In this document: positions 42,532 through 54,300 of the stretch, piece by piece | Layout: the number at the start of each line of letters is the position of its first letter | Position numbering within the stretch: the stretch's first letter is position 1 | Assembly (NCBI GenBank): GCA_035402645.1 | Contig: DAONDQ010000004.1 | Coordinates: forward strand, 293 to 64,292 | Length of the DNA stretch: 64,000 bases | Direction: 5' to 3' | Source of the DNA: Candidatus Cloacimonadota bacterium | Lineage (GTDB): Bacteria; Cloacimonadota; Cloacimonadia; Cloacimonadales; DAONDQ01 | Notes under the pieces: generated by a model | Seen by the model: the letters and a program-made list of their open reading frames with translations, nothing else | What the model was told of the DNA's origin: nothing | Databases searched by the model: none | Made by a program: the position numbers and the translations under genes

Positions 42532-44820
42532 CTAAGGCTTCGCTTGGAACACAATATTAATATTACAGTAATTATAATTATTACTGCCCATTCCTCCACC
42601 AACGTAATCAACTCTGAAAGAAACACTTTTCTGTGTTGTGAATGTATTATCATCAAGAATTAGATTAAGATATGAATACACAAATGCACCACCATTATAA
42701 GGTTGATCATCACTTGCTTTATCAAAATGCCCAAATGTTCCTCCTGTCCATGTAGGTGTACCCATAGACCATTTTAATCGCCCCGCACTAGAACGGAAAA
42801 CAATCTGAACATTAGGTCTAGGATTAGCATAGTTCTGACTAATATTCCAGTTTAGTTCAACACCGTATGATGGATATACTGGAGGACAAGCATGAGATAT
42901 AGCCGACCAAGTTATTGCCATATATAAACGACAATCTAGATATGTCGATTTAGTATCAGATTTATCACCAGTATCAGCTATATAACATTGATATGTTTTG
43001 CTATTAGGTAAAGTATCTTGATTTAACACATCTAGTATTTCGTAATGTAAATTAAATGTAGGTGTATTGAACGCTGCTGCACCTAATGGCGTAACATTAA
43101 AGTTACCGCTTTTAGTTGTATAAACATTTATATTGGCAGTGCTTCCTGCATTATTATTAGTAACAGGCACAATCATGTCTTTTAGTTCATCAGCCGTGTA
43201 ACCTTGCCCATATACTCTACTTAGGCTTATGGCATTACATATTAAATAAGGTCTATTACAGAAAGGACATTTTGGATGATACATATCTTTATAGCCTAAT
43301 GCTATCTTAGATTTAAATGTGAATTCTCTAAAAGTCACCCAATCTGCCACAGTAAATGATCTAATAGAACTGTGTCCGGATACCGGAAGAACAGAAGGCA
43401 TAGGTCCAAATCTATCATCCTCTTTAGAACTTACCAACTTTATTAAATTACTGGTTGTTTCAACCCAACCATTAGTTAGTGATATATAACTGCCCTTTTT
43501 GGAATTGGGGAATCTTATAAATTCTCTATTTTCATAGTTATCTAAATATGTTGATATTTCACCACTGTCTGTCCACCATGCACCGTCGGTTAAAGCATGA
43601 TTTAAATTATTATTTTGTAGTGAAGTATAAGTATGATAACGAGAACCTACAATGCCCCAACAAGTATTGCCTAATGCATAATTAGTTGTAGAAGACCAAC
43701 CATATCCATGTGTATATTGATAGTCTAAACTGGTAAGAAATTCAGCATATGCATCATTAAGCCAAATATATAATATATTGTTCTGATATATATCGTAATA
43801 CGAACTTGTACGTATACTATTATGCCAAAGAGTGCTAGCTAAAGTATATTGACAATGACCTTGCCAACCCATCCATTCTACATTTAAATTAATATTTAGA
43901 ACATTTTGAAAGCGACTTTGATACATTCTATATCCTGCACCGTCGTCGTGAGTATAGTGAGATAATTGTTGCCAAGTTAGTTCAGCGGAATGATTGCAAC
44001 ATCTATTTGGATCAGCTGCACAGTAAGTAGAGTATCCAACACCATTTGCATCAGCGTCTAAATCTGTTTCAATTATTAGAGGATAATAACTGGAATATCC
44101 CGAATTAGCTGCAGGAGAAACTGTCTTTTTCAAGTAGTCAAGACACGCTTCGAGTTCTTGAAATACTATCTCTCCATTAGTCATTAGTATGGGTGGACCT
44201 ACTGGTTGTGTCTTGTATGACGTTGATTGACAAATCGTAAAGGTCTTACCCGACATGTATGGGGTATAGTATATTGTATTATCTGAATTACACTTACTCC
44301 ATTCACGCCTACCAGTTATAGGATCAATACCGCCTAAGTTAAGATGCTCCAACAACTTACAATAGGAGTAATTAGAAATATAACTTCCACCTTGAAAGAA
44401 CTTATACACTAAATTTTCCGGTAACACCCCATATTTTATATCAGTTCTAGGTGAGGCTTCATTTTTGATGAAACCATCAGAACCGTACCAATGATAAAGT
44501 GGATAAGTTAAATCGCTTTCCCTGTAAGCTAACATTGTGGTTATTATGTTTTGCCATAGTTCACGAATAACTGTTTCTCCACCTGCTGAATCATATACTC
44601 CACTAGCTACATATGAATCCTGCCACCATTGTCTAGTGGTTATATATGCAGCAGGATAAGAGCCATTAATAGCAGAGAAATCTCTTAATGTATGACAGAT
44701 GTGTCTATACCTCCAACCCCAAACACGTACCATCTCTTCCGATTCGAGATTACGTGCTTGAAATGGACTCTCCACAAAAGAGCCTAAATCATTTTTATCA
44801 AATACATTAAGGAGTCCCAT
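42532..44820 (-). CDS. tail tip / receptor-binding candidate (Tyr/Trp/Asn-rich)
   Basis: The start is moved to the ATG at 44820 (TAATG overlap with the upstream stop). It is the last large gene of the tail module. No motif recognised. Confidence 0.45.
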   Translation of the reverse strand: MGLLNVFDKNDLGSFVESPFQARNLESEEMVRVWGWRYRHICHTLRDFSAINGSYPAAYITTRQWWQDSYVASGVYDSAGGETVIRELWQNIITTMLAYRESDLTYPLYHWYGSDGFIKNEASPRTDIKYGVLPENLVYKFFQGGSYISNYSYCKLLEHLNLGGIDPITGRREWSKCNSDNTIYYTPYMSGKTFTICQSTSYKTQPVGPPILMTNGEIVFQELEACLDYLKKTVSPAANSGYSSYYPLIIETDLDADANGVGYSTYCAADPNRCCNHSAELTWQQLSHYTHDDGAGYRMYQSRFQNVLNINLNVEWMGWQGHCQYTLASTLWHNSIRTSSYYDIYQNNILYIWLNDAYAEFLTSLDYQYTHGYGWSSTTNYALGNTCWGIVGSRYHTYTSLQNNNLNHALTDGAWWTDSGEISTYLDNYENREFIRFPNSKKGSYISLTNGWVETTSNLIKLVSSKEDDRFGPMPSVLPVSGHSSIRSFTVADWVTFREFTFKSKIALGYKDMYHPKCPFCNRPYLICNAISLSRVYGQGYTADELKDMIVPVTNNNAGSTANINVYTTKSGNFNVTPLGAAAFNTPTFNLHYEILDVLNQDTLPNSKTYQCYIADTGDKSDTKSTYLDCRLYMAITWSAISHACPPVYPSYGVELNWNISQNYANPRPNVQIVFRSSAGRLKWSMGTPTWTGGTFGHFDKASDDQPYNGGAFVYSYLNLILDDNTFTTQKSVSFRVDYVGGGMGSNNYNYCNINIVFQAKP

Positions 44821-47708
44821 TAGCTTGTTACTTCCTCTTTCTTTGCCCATGCCCTATGACTTATTTCCAACCAGTATAATTTTCCCGGCTTAGGATGTGC
44901 CAATCCAAGACCATCGGGATAATATTTAGCCTGTACGGTAGTGAACGTGCCATCGCTTTTCCTATATGGTGGATTGACTACTTCCGTTTGGATATAATCA
45001 TTCCCGTCTAAATCCTTGCCGGATGCCCTACGAACGTCCTCTGCTTGCCGTTGATAATTCACCATTGGGAAATCGGGATTCTTACCATCAGCAAATGATT
45101 TGCCGTCCCAATCCATAACCCTAAGCGAACCGGAGTTACCATCTGAATACTTCGCTATCCAAAAGATTAAATCCTCATCATCCGGATCGGGAGGATTCTC
45201 AATCTTACCATTCTCTTTAATGTTATCGGGATTGGTCAGCATACACTTGAGAACGTTATCGTATACTTCCAATATCTTAAATGTGGCAGTAGTACCCAAA
45301 CTCTGACCTACATCAGCGTTGCTTTCTGATGTTCTAGGTGCGTCTTTCTTAACTGTCCTACCCGCTTTCCTAATTGATGCCGGTGCTCTTGCACGAGGAT
45401 TATCTACCGGTATCTTATAATCAGTAAGACTCAATCCTTCCGCGGGATTAGGTGGCTTAACATCAGCACTATCATCTAAATAGGCTAAGCCTTCGCCTTG
45501 TTTGATTGGTAACCAAACATTAAGAGTTATCTGATGCGTCGATGTATCAATATCGATTCCATCAACCACTCCGAAAATATCTGCACCACCATTAATATAA
45601 TCACAGTGAACAGTTATTACATCCCACATCTGAACTGCTAAGGAAGTTAAGAAAGTATTTATCTTCAACTTCACCCACGCGTTAGCCATGCGATAAGACC
45701 AAAATCTTGCGCTCTTCTCAACAAGCGATTGGATATTGTATATCGAGAAGGTACACTCGTAATCCTTCTTCGTATACAGTAACTTATTAGTTTCATAGAT
45801 GACTTTCTTCTTTTCTTCTTCCTCATACGTGTGATTCCACAATCCAGTGAACTTCGGATGTATGTCATCAGTGCTAGTCTTACTTATGTTCATGCTCTTG
45901 AACTGAATCTTCGATATGTTCGATGTGTATATTGATTCAGTTGGCTCTTTGGAAAGATAATGAGTATATGCTATACCGGCTTCCAAGTACATACCAACCC
46001 TAGCTTGCCAAGCGAAGTCCTTTATAGCTGCTAAAGCATCCACTTGGCTAAGTACGGCGAAATGACTTGGATACTTCTCAATCAAAGCAGATACTTCATC
46101 AAACGTAGTAGTGTCCGGTATTAAGCCGGTTATCCTATGAGCCAGTATCCATCTGATTGCATCATCAGTTGTATTGTCGCCAATAGAACTGGTTAGGCTG
46201 ACGTATATCCTACTGCCATCCCAATTCTCATTGGGTATGCTTGCTAAATCAGTTTTGAACTTCAATACAGTAAGATGTTCCACTACTCCAGTAGAGGGAT
46301 CGACAACGCAGGGATAATCTAAGAATATATCAAAGTAGGAACTAGGAACGGCTACCAGTTCACCTTTACGTTTAGCCATAACTTCATGTATAGCCAAACT
46401 AGGAACGCTATTAACCACTATAACACTACCGGCATTATATATCTTAACCTTAGCCCCAGGTGATATATTCCAGTATAGAGGTTCATTTTGATTAGGTAAC
46501 ATGCTCCACTCAAATTCCGTTTTACCTTTGATGCTCATCACAACAGATGGATATGTTGGATATTTCTCGTTGTGAGTAGTGCCAAGTAGTCTTTCCTTGT
46601 AAAATAAATCACGATAAGGTTGGGACATAAAGGCTTTAGTCCCGTCTTGATTACCAATGGTGCAAACAAACGTTTCAGTTGTTGTCTTAGTCTTAATGTC
46701 CGCATCACCCGACTTATCGGCATTAGGAACGGCTAGAGTATCGGGATTCACTTCGTGCATACCACCGTTATCGTCCTCTAGGTACTTATATACTCTATCG
46801 ACATGAATTAGAAGTGTCTTACCGCGGACGTCTTTATCCGTAGTTATCCATATGGCGTTAATATTTGTATAGTCGTAATCCGATTCGAGACGTCCTGCAA
46901 TCTGACAATTAATAGGATAGCCTGTATTGAAACTACCTATACCTACACAGTTACACGATGTCTTATCGTCTGTATCGAACTTGACTAAGTATAGTGATTT
47001 ATCAATCTCTAACAGTACGGTCTGACCTGCATAGTCCTCGAAGTGGCTAACGTGGAAATGTGTGCTTTTATATGTAGTCTTGCCAGTGTCCGGATCATTA
47101 GGTTCTCTATACCATGTCGTCCACGATGATATAGCAGTAAGCAATTCGCCAGTACAACCCAACTGAAGTTCAACTCCTGGAACTCGTAGAGGTGTACCAA
47201 AACATAGGGGAAGAACTTTACCAACATCTTCTTCGGCGGGAAAGTCTACACAACCTTCATGTATCTCCAGTAGTAAATCTTCGCTATCTATTTCAGCATT
47301 TATTTCAAAACTGAACTTGCGGTCACCTTCATTCCAAGTTATATTGGATACAACTTTGCCGTGAAGAATAGGAACTAAATCAGCTTCTCCCAATCCTTCA
47401 TAGTGATGATATATAGTTACGGGACGTTGCTCCACGACCGTATTGTCAAATAAATCTTTAAGAGAACCATCAATATCACTAAGAGTACAAGAAGCTGACT
47501 GAATCTGTCCATAGGATTTGTCATTTAGTTGCCCCGACACTGTTGAGAAATCATATATTTTACCTTCAATGTTTAATGCTCCTAAAGTGAACGACTTGTC
47601 TGCATAGTAGCGAGTACCAGTTGTCCACTCCACTTTAATTATGGCGATTGGTTCAGTACCTAATCGCCTATCAGCGAGTGCTTGAGTAGCCGGTGTTAGT
47701 TCTCTCAT
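44820..47708 (-). CDS. tail tip hub protein (lambda gpL/gpJ-region analogue)
   Basis: 962 aa, downstream of two gpM-like domains. The N-terminus LGTEPIAIIKVEWTTGTRYYADKS resembles the conserved tip-protein start seen in GTA/lambda-like tails. The call rests on synteny. Confidence 0.5.
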   Translation of the reverse strand: MRELTPATQALADRRLGTEPIAIIKVEWTTGTRYYADKSFTLGALNIEGKIYDFSTVSGQLNDKSYGQIQSASCTLSDIDGSLKDLFDNTVVEQRPVTIYHHYEGLGEADLVPILHGKVVSNITWNEGDRKFSFEINAEIDSEDLLLEIHEGCVDFPAEEDVGKVLPLCFGTPLRVPGVELQLGCTGELLTAISSWTTWYREPNDPDTGKTTYKSTHFHVSHFEDYAGQTVLLEIDKSLYLVKFDTDDKTSCNCVGIGSFNTGYPINCQIAGRLESDYDYTNINAIWITTDKDVRGKTLLIHVDRVYKYLEDDNGGMHEVNPDTLAVPNADKSGDADIKTKTTTETFVCTIGNQDGTKAFMSQPYRDLFYKERLLGTTHNEKYPTYPSVVMSIKGKTEFEWSMLPNQNEPLYWNISPGAKVKIYNAGSVIVVNSVPSLAIHEVMAKRKGELVAVPSSYFDIFLDYPCVVDPSTGVVEHLTVLKFKTDLASIPNENWDGSRIYVSLTSSIGDNTTDDAIRWILAHRITGLIPDTTTFDEVSALIEKYPSHFAVLSQVDALAAIKDFAWQARVGMYLEAGIAYTHYLSKEPTESIYTSNISKIQFKSMNISKTSTDDIHPKFTGLWNHTYEEEEKKKVIYETNKLLYTKKDYECTFSIYNIQSLVEKSARFWSYRMANAWVKLKINTFLTSLAVQMWDVITVHCDYINGGADIFGVVDGIDIDTSTHQITLNVWLPIKQGEGLAYLDDSADVKPPNPAEGLSLTDYKIPVDNPRARAPASIRKAGRTVKKDAPRTSESNADVGQSLGTTATFKILEVYDNVLKCMLTNPDNIKENGKIENPPDPDDEDLIFWIAKYSDGNSGSLRVMDWDGKSFADGKNPDFPMVNYQRQAEDVRRASGKDLDGNDYIQTEVVNPPYRKSDGTFTTVQAKYYPDGLGLAHPKPGKLYWLEISHRAWAKKEEVTS

Positions 47709-48067
47709 ATTTTCTCCAGTGTGATTGTGAAATCATAAGCATACATATTATTATATCCGCGTCCAATACATGTGAACTCTATTGGATCAGATATTACTCT
47801 TACATTATGTTCAGTTCCGAATTCATCTGTGTAGACTAATATTTGTCCTGCTGATGCTTTTAAGAATTCGATTACTTCATCTTTCTTACTACCCATCACA
47901 CCTTTGATTGGTAACTCAAACTTGTCAGCCGGTGGAGTATACCGGAAGGAATATATCTTGCCATCCATAGCATGATCAAACATTGTTTTGACATTAACAA
48001 TCTTTGCTTCACCATACTGCGGATTAGGCAGTATCAAATTGTATGTATCGTATGAGAACAGTATCAT
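47705..48067 (-). CDS. minor tail protein (lambda gpM-like)
   Basis: 120 aa. EVIEFLKASAGQILVYTDEFGTEHNVRVISDPIEFTCIGRGY...FTITLEKI matches the pattern of the C-terminus of the upstream 898-aa protein. Confidence 0.45.
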   Translation of the reverse strand: MILFSYDTYNLILPNPQYGEAKIVNVKTMFDHAMDGKIYSFRYTPPADKFELPIKGVMGSKKDEVIEFLKASAGQILVYTDEFGTEHNVRVISDPIEFTCIGRGYNNMYAYDFTITLEKI

Positions 48068-50760
48068 ATTAATACTCCTTCAAACTTGAAAGCTAAATTA
48101 TAGAATAAGCCATTATCACACTGACCACCTCGTCCATACGTTTCACTCCTACACTCCGGATCAAGTATTACACCAAGCCATTCTCGACCACAGTAATCAG
48201 TAAGAGTTATCTCGTCACCGGCACTTAACTTATAGAACGTGAAGAATTCTTCTCTCTTAGTTAATGTTAAGTGTTGGAACTTATAATTTAATGTTTCGAA
48301 TGTAGGATACGAGTTCTTGAAATGTTGTAACTCTTTCCCACGAGTATAATCATTTATTATATTAAGTTGTAAGCCTTGACTATCTTCGTAGGGATTACGC
48401 AAGTCCATATCCATAGCCCCAAAGTAACCATTATATGACAGGCTGATATGGTCGGCTACACACGTATTCTCCGGACACACTCCGGTAACTGGATCATCTG
48501 AATCCCCTACACGTGGATTCCAATTAACACCATCTTCACTATAAGCATCACTGCCACCTGTTCCCGCACCCACTCGGAATACTACTGTACGCACACGCGA
48601 GCGTAGTCTTAGATTCGACAATCCGAAGCGTCCATATATTGATTGAGCAGGACTTACTGATTGTCCAATCAACATATTATTAAATCCCGGTCTTACGAGT
48701 TCTACTACTACGGATTGCCCGAATCCCGAAGTAGGATCGGCATACTCAATCTTAAATAATTCTTGTTCAAGATTAAGTATATTATCGGGTTCTTTAAGAT
48801 ATGCCCTATGTGCTTCACCATTAAGTATCATGGTGTTAGCTGCACCCCTACTATTCACTGCACTAACTATTTGATTAAAACCATTGCCGTGTACTATGGT
48901 GTTACTATTGATTTTATATTTAGATACAACTTGGTGCATACCGGCAGACTTAACAGGATTAGGAACGTTCTTCTGTACAAACGCTTCTGCTGAATCATCA
49001 AACGCACTATAATTATCCGTCAGTTCTCCAAGTACACCTTTGTTCTGCTGTACGAGAGTCAAATTATGTGTTACATCTCTAGTGTGTTCAGTGTAATTAG
49101 TTATCTCTTGACCGAATCCACTATTATTACCACTCCCCTTGCTAGTATTATTATCGTTGGAATGGTCGAACTCCATATCATTACTTACTGATTCTTCAAT
49201 CGGAACAACCAATGTAAAAGTAGGTCCAGGATCAACGCCATATGTAGCATAGTAGCCACTAAGTAGGGGATAAGCCGTTGTACCGCCAGAGGCATAATAT
49301 AGTGAGGAATCATATCCATTCATATCAGTACCGATAAGCCAATTTATACCATAATCAGTATACATATATAGATATAAGGCTTTATCAGAATTATAATAGT
49401 AAGGAACACCAAAAGAATTGATACCGGCATATGCAAATACACCATCAGCACTACCACTATCTGAACCTGCTCCAATATAATTACGTCCTGTTTCGGGTAA
49501 AGGTTGCTCTGTCAAGGTAACATATGCTTCTCCACCACCCCAGTTCCAATATGTGCCAGTAGCATCTCCACCGTACTTTTGGAAAGGTCCGTCATACGAT
49601 AGTGTTGAACTCATCGTCCAGTATTCATCAGACCATTCCGTTATATAATAAAATATGTAACGTTCTGAACCATCGAGCTTATACCAAGGCTGACCATTTA
49701 TAAGACCTTCTTGCTTATAATATTCACCTAAATATGACGCGTCTCCGTAAAGCATAGATACGAATACTCTAGGAGCAAGATTCTCGTGGGGCTTCTGATG
49801 ATTGCCCAATCCCTGCGTTACTGAACGAGAGAACTCTACTCCACCGCCATCTAATTCAGTACAGACTAAATCAGTCAGTGTCCAACCATTGTAACCTGTC
49901 CAAGACGAGTATATAGAAGGCTTTTCTGATATTGGTATATAGTAGCATCCGGTGGTTGGATTGAGGTTATTTGTTTTAAGAGTTATACACCATCTTAACA
50001 CACTAGCCAATGTGTATGCGAAGATGTGATACAGTTCATTTGCATAGTAAGGATAACCATTAAATGTACCAACGTAATTGTAAGCACCAGTTACATCGTG
50101 ATTCAAACTCGTTCCAGTAATTATGAAACGTGTACCAGTATTGCTTATTTCCGACATCATAGTAGTTGGTTCGGGTGCAGTACCACCATTAACTACCCAA
50201 CCAGTTGCCGGAGGGAAATATTCAGATGCTCCTAAAGTAGAATAGTATCGTGCTGAACCATTCTGATATAATCTCCAGTAGGTAGAATAGAATCTCAAAT
50301 CCCAAGTTGGATCATCACGTTTCTTATATTGTGGCTTATTGTTATAGTAACCTGTTAATGTGTATAAGCCATTAGCAGCAGTTGAACCCGCTCCTATTAC
50401 TCTACATGATTTAACTGCATTGTTACGTTGTATAACCGTAGTGGGTTGTGGTGCTACTCCACCCCAAACTCCCCAATTCTTATACTGTACATCGATTGAC
50501 GTATTAGGATTAACGTGTTCACGATAGTAAGCAGTGCTAGTTCCAGTACCTAATACCCAGTATTGATAATTCGAATAACCATATCTAAGCCAGTACGTTA
50601 CACCGCCAGTAATTTTCTCGTAAGCGGGTGCGCCTTGATAATCAGCTACGCGAGTATATATTCCATCATATACTGGATCACCGCAACCACCGACGTAGAC
50701 AGTATCTAGAAATGCATCTAGTTTTAGACTATGGCTAACACTTTGGGTATATATGGACAT
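48064..50760 (-). CDS. large distal tail protein with five or more aromatic repeat modules and a C-terminal gpM-like domain
   Basis: The repeat units fit G-x-Y-x(3-5)-G-x-x-N-x-x-P-x-Y...Y/W...W, for example GIYTRVADYQGAPAYEK, GLYTLTGYYNNKPQYKK, GAYNYVGTFNGYPYYAN, GEYYKQEGLINGQPWYK and GVFAYAGINSFGVPYYY. Confidence 0.5.
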   Translation of the reverse strand: MSIYTQSVSHSLKLDAFLDTVYVGGCGDPVYDGIYTRVADYQGAPAYEKITGGVTYWLRYGYSNYQYWVLGTGTSTAYYREHVNPNTSIDVQYKNWGVWGGVAPQPTTVIQRNNAVKSCRVIGAGSTAANGLYTLTGYYNNKPQYKKRDDPTWDLRFYSTYWRLYQNGSARYYSTLGASEYFPPATGWVVNGGTAPEPTTMMSEISNTGTRFIITGTSLNHDVTGAYNYVGTFNGYPYYANELYHIFAYTLASVLRWCITLKTNNLNPTTGCYYIPISEKPSIYSSWTGYNGWTLTDLVCTELDGGGVEFSRSVTQGLGNHQKPHENLAPRVFVSMLYGDASYLGEYYKQEGLINGQPWYKLDGSERYIFYYITEWSDEYWTMSSTLSYDGPFQKYGGDATGTYWNWGGGEAYVTLTEQPLPETGRNYIGAGSDSGSADGVFAYAGINSFGVPYYYNSDKALYLYMYTDYGINWLIGTDMNGYDSSLYYASGGTTAYPLLSGYYATYGVDPGPTFTLVVPIEESVSNDMEFDHSNDNNTSKGSGNNSGFGQEITNYTEHTRDVTHNLTLVQQNKGVLGELTDNYSAFDDSAEAFVQKNVPNPVKSAGMHQVVSKYKINSNTIVHGNGFNQIVSAVNSRGAANTMILNGEAHRAYLKEPDNILNLEQELFKIEYADPTSGFGQSVVVELVRPGFNNMLIGQSVSPAQSIYGRFGLSNLRLRSRVRTVVFRVGAGTGGSDAYSEDGVNWNPRVGDSDDPVTGVCPENTCVADHISLSYNGYFGAMDMDLRNPYEDSQGLQLNIINDYTRGKELQHFKNSYPTFETLNYKFQHLTLTKREEFFTFYKLSAGDEITLTDYCGREWLGVILDPECRSETYGRGGQCDNGLFYNLAFKFEGVLI

Positions 50761-50789
50761 CGAAATCTCCTTGATAGGTTAGGCGAGTC

Positions 50790-50809
50790 GAGTGATTCTG
50801 CAATCACTC
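50790..50809 (-). terminator. hairpin of the TGATT-N4-AATCA family after the 172-aa gene
   Basis: GAGTGATT-CTGC-AATCACTC, an 8-bp stem 19 nt after the stop. Confidence 0.45.
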
Positions 50810-50827
50810 AACTCTTGAACCCATCAC

Positions 50828-51346
50828 TTAGACTTCTGATGCATTGACAGTGTACGTTACTTTCAACTGGTCACCATTGACCACAGTAACGTTAGTTGCG
50901 AAAGCAGCAGTAGACCAAAGTGTTCCGGTCGTTCCGCCTTTATCGCTTGCACTGGTTACGAAGATACCTTTGATTACTCCACCAACATTGATGTTGAAGG
51001 TAATCGGAGTAGCGTTCGTGATGCTCTTCGAAGCTGCTGCACCTTCTGTCCATTCAACACGTGTTGAATCAGAATAGCCAGCCTTTGAGCCTGTGCCGTT
51101 TGATTCTGTCCATCCTGCGTGAGAGGACATCTGATCGGCTGCATTGAAAGCACTGAAGCCGTCGTTATCAACCAAACTGATGTACCATGTGGTAATCTGA
51201 GTAGCTGCATGGAACATGACATCGAGAATCTTATTAAGACCGACATCCACGATTCCATTAGGCATTTCATACTTACCAATCACTTCTCCGGCACGGACGT
51301 GTTCCACATGGAAACGCCCCTTCATCTTCATTTTACTCTCGTTCAT
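50828..51346 (-). CDS. virion structural protein (172 aa) directly after the tape measure
   Basis: The composition is beta-rich. It lies between the TMP and the distal tail genes and is followed by a hairpin. Confidence 0.45.
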   Translation of the reverse strand: MNESKMKMKGRFHVEHVRAGEVIGKYEMPNGIVDVGLNKILDVMFHAATQITTWYISLVDNDGFSAFNAADQMSSHAGWTESNGTGSKAGYSDSTRVEWTEGAAASKSITNATPITFNINVGGVIKGIFVTSASDKGGTTGTLWSTAAFATNVTVVNGDQLKVTYTVNASEV

Positions 51347-51375
51347 TTTGTTCTCCTTGCCCTGTGGGCGTTATT

Positions 51376-54300
51376 TTATCTTGCGTAAGGTCTACTTCCT
51401 GTATTCAAGTTTCTCACATTATAGTAGGGTTGGTCGCGTGTTGCACCATTTATGCCTTGACCATTAACTGACACGTTATTCTGTCCTCTACTTGCACCCT
51501 TCTCAATCACTTGAGCTGTTTTAACTGCTAGTGTTTCACCTCCCATTGTAACTGTTACATCAAAGACATTAGGTGCATTATTCTTCTGATTCTCCTTACT
51601 GATGCCACCCTGCCAATTCTGTATACCTCTGTTGGCTTCCCAATCAGTGCGATATGCTTGCGAGTTCATCTGCTTGATGCTTGCTTCTCTCAACTTAGCA
51701 TAAGTATCTCCAACTGCTGACATATCACCAAAGGTATCACCACCCATATCAGCTAGTCCACCCATGCCCTGCATACCCTTAGTCCCAAACATATTATATT
51801 TCCAATTTCCCGGCTTTACACCTTTGAAAGACGTTAAATCTTCTGCAGCCTGTCTAGGAGGATTAGCCAATTTATCCAAGTCTTTATTAGTCTGATCAGT
51901 TTTAGCATTAGCTATCATAATCTGATTAACTATCTCATTCAACGGAGTAGCTATCCAATCCGCAGGATTAGCTAGTGGATCTTGAACATTGTCCAGTACG
52001 GTCTTAACTGCTTCCGGTGATTTAGCAATCGGAGTAACAGTTGTAGGAACTGGTGCATACTTCTTAATCTGATCCTCCATTCCTGCTTTAGCTGCGTAAG
52101 CTGCTGATTTCCTAGTATCAATCTCTACTATCTTAGCTTTCTTTTCTTCCGGTGTTAATGTTGTAGATTTATTTATATCTATTCTCTGCTTGATTAATTC
52201 AAAGATTCTACCATTCAATGCATTTATAGCATCTGTGAATTCCTTGTATCTCTCTGTATCTAGTTTTGTTTCAGCAGTAGTTTTAGCAACCGGCTTTGAT
52301 TCTACAATCTTCTTAGCCTGTTCCGGAGTTGGAGCATTAACAGTTGGAGGAACAACTGGTGCGTTCTTAGATAAGGCTTCATCAAACAACTTAGAGAAAT
52401 CAAGTCCAGGAACATTATTTTGGAATGTCTTATTAACAGTATTCTCGAACGTCGTAGTCCTAGTTTTCATCTCGGTGAGTTTAACAGGATTCTTTAACGT
52501 TTCATTAAATCCTTTCATGCCTTCAGTTACGTTCTTCAATTCTACATTTAACTTATTAAAACTTTCAGTTGCCTTTTCTGATTCTTCACGGCTCTTCATA
52601 GTCGTAACTAGAACACGTTTCATCTCAAATAGATTATTTTGAAGTTCAGTAGGTAGACCGCCCTTATCTGTTTTAGTTCCTGCCGTTACAATATCAACTT
52701 GTTTTATTGCTGCTCTGATTTGTTCAGCACTGATCTTGTTAATATCCTCATTCATTGTTTCAAACAATTTAGGGAAACCATTAAAAGCCTCGGCAATAGG
52801 CTTAGCTAAATCCTCTGTCCATAAAGCATTAGTTTTCTCAGTAGCTACTCTCTTGGCTTCTGCTTCCGGTAAAGTAGTTTTAAGAACATTGAACAGTTCA
52901 TCAAACATAGCTTGCCTAGAAAGATTGAAACTCTCGCCCATAACTTTAGGCAACAGTTTAAATAACTGACTTGATGCATCTACGCCTTTCTGCTGAGGAA
53001 CAAGCATCTTGGATGCTTCTTTGTCTGCTTTAGATTGCAGTGCTTTTTCCTGCTCTTTAAGCACATCACGTTGTGCCTCTATGAATTTAATCATATCCTG
53101 CTTCTCTTGCAGTTTCTGCATACTCTTTAACTGATTCATAATAACCGCATTCAATTTATCCATTTCATTGATTTGGCTATCAGAAACAGAGTTCATAGTT
53201 TCAATCAATTTCTTATTCTCTTGAACTCCACTGAAAGATTTACCAAACTCAGTTTTCAGCTGAAGTGTAAGTTCCGGTGATAATCCGGCTTCACCTATTA
53301 CTTTCTGAGCGTCTTTATACAGTTTGGCAAGTTCTTCCGTAGCCTTAGGCATATTCTTAGCAGAAGTAGAAATATTACCCATCTTGGTCTTAATTTCTTC
53401 TAAGTCATCTTTAGCCTTCTGATTGCGTTGACGTTCTTCTTCAAGCATATCTAACTGTTTCTTCTTTTCCGCCAGTACAATCTGCTCCTTCTTCACACGT
53501 TCGTCAATCAAGCGACCGTGGTCACGTATAACTTCTCCGGTACTCTTACCTATTGTTTCGTATTTATCGCTAAGTGCAATCAACTCATCCCAATACTTAG
53601 CGAATTCTGTCATGTCCCTACGATCAAATGCTGATAATGCGCCTTTCTTAACTGCTGCATACATCGTGTCGAGAGCGTTCTTTCTCTCGTTAATTTGAGC
53701 AAGTTCATAACTTGTTATCTCATTCTGTGTGTCCTTTGAGAATTTCTTCTGCTTAGTGAAAGCATCACCATTTACATCAACACCTTTAACTGCCGAACCA
53801 GTAGCAGTAGTAGTCTTACGCTTGAATAAGTCACCCTGTCCAAGTACACGCAAGTCTTGGGTGTTAGCAAACTTTGCACCGGCTTTGACTAAATCAAGAT
53901 AACGTTGATATGTCCTATTGAGTTTGATTTGGGCATCATTTGTTACACCTATCTTATCCACCAAGCCAGTGTAATAGGATAATGTCGAAGAACCGGATTG
54001 CATACCGGCTATACTAGCAGTAAGACTCTTAATAGTGTTACTTGTTTCAGTGATTCTTGAATCAAGGAAATTAATTAACTTAGCTATGGAGTTGATTGAA
54101 CCACTAACATAGTCCGTTATCAATTTAACATTATTAGATATAGTCGCATTAAGTGCATCAACTTCACTATTCAATCCGGCTATCTTAACGGCAACGCCTT
54201 GTTCCATCACTTGTCTTGATGCTTCTGCTTCTTTCTTAAAAGCATTAACACGTTCTTCTATCTGTGCAATAGTTTTAGCGTGTCGTTCAGCTAACTGTTT

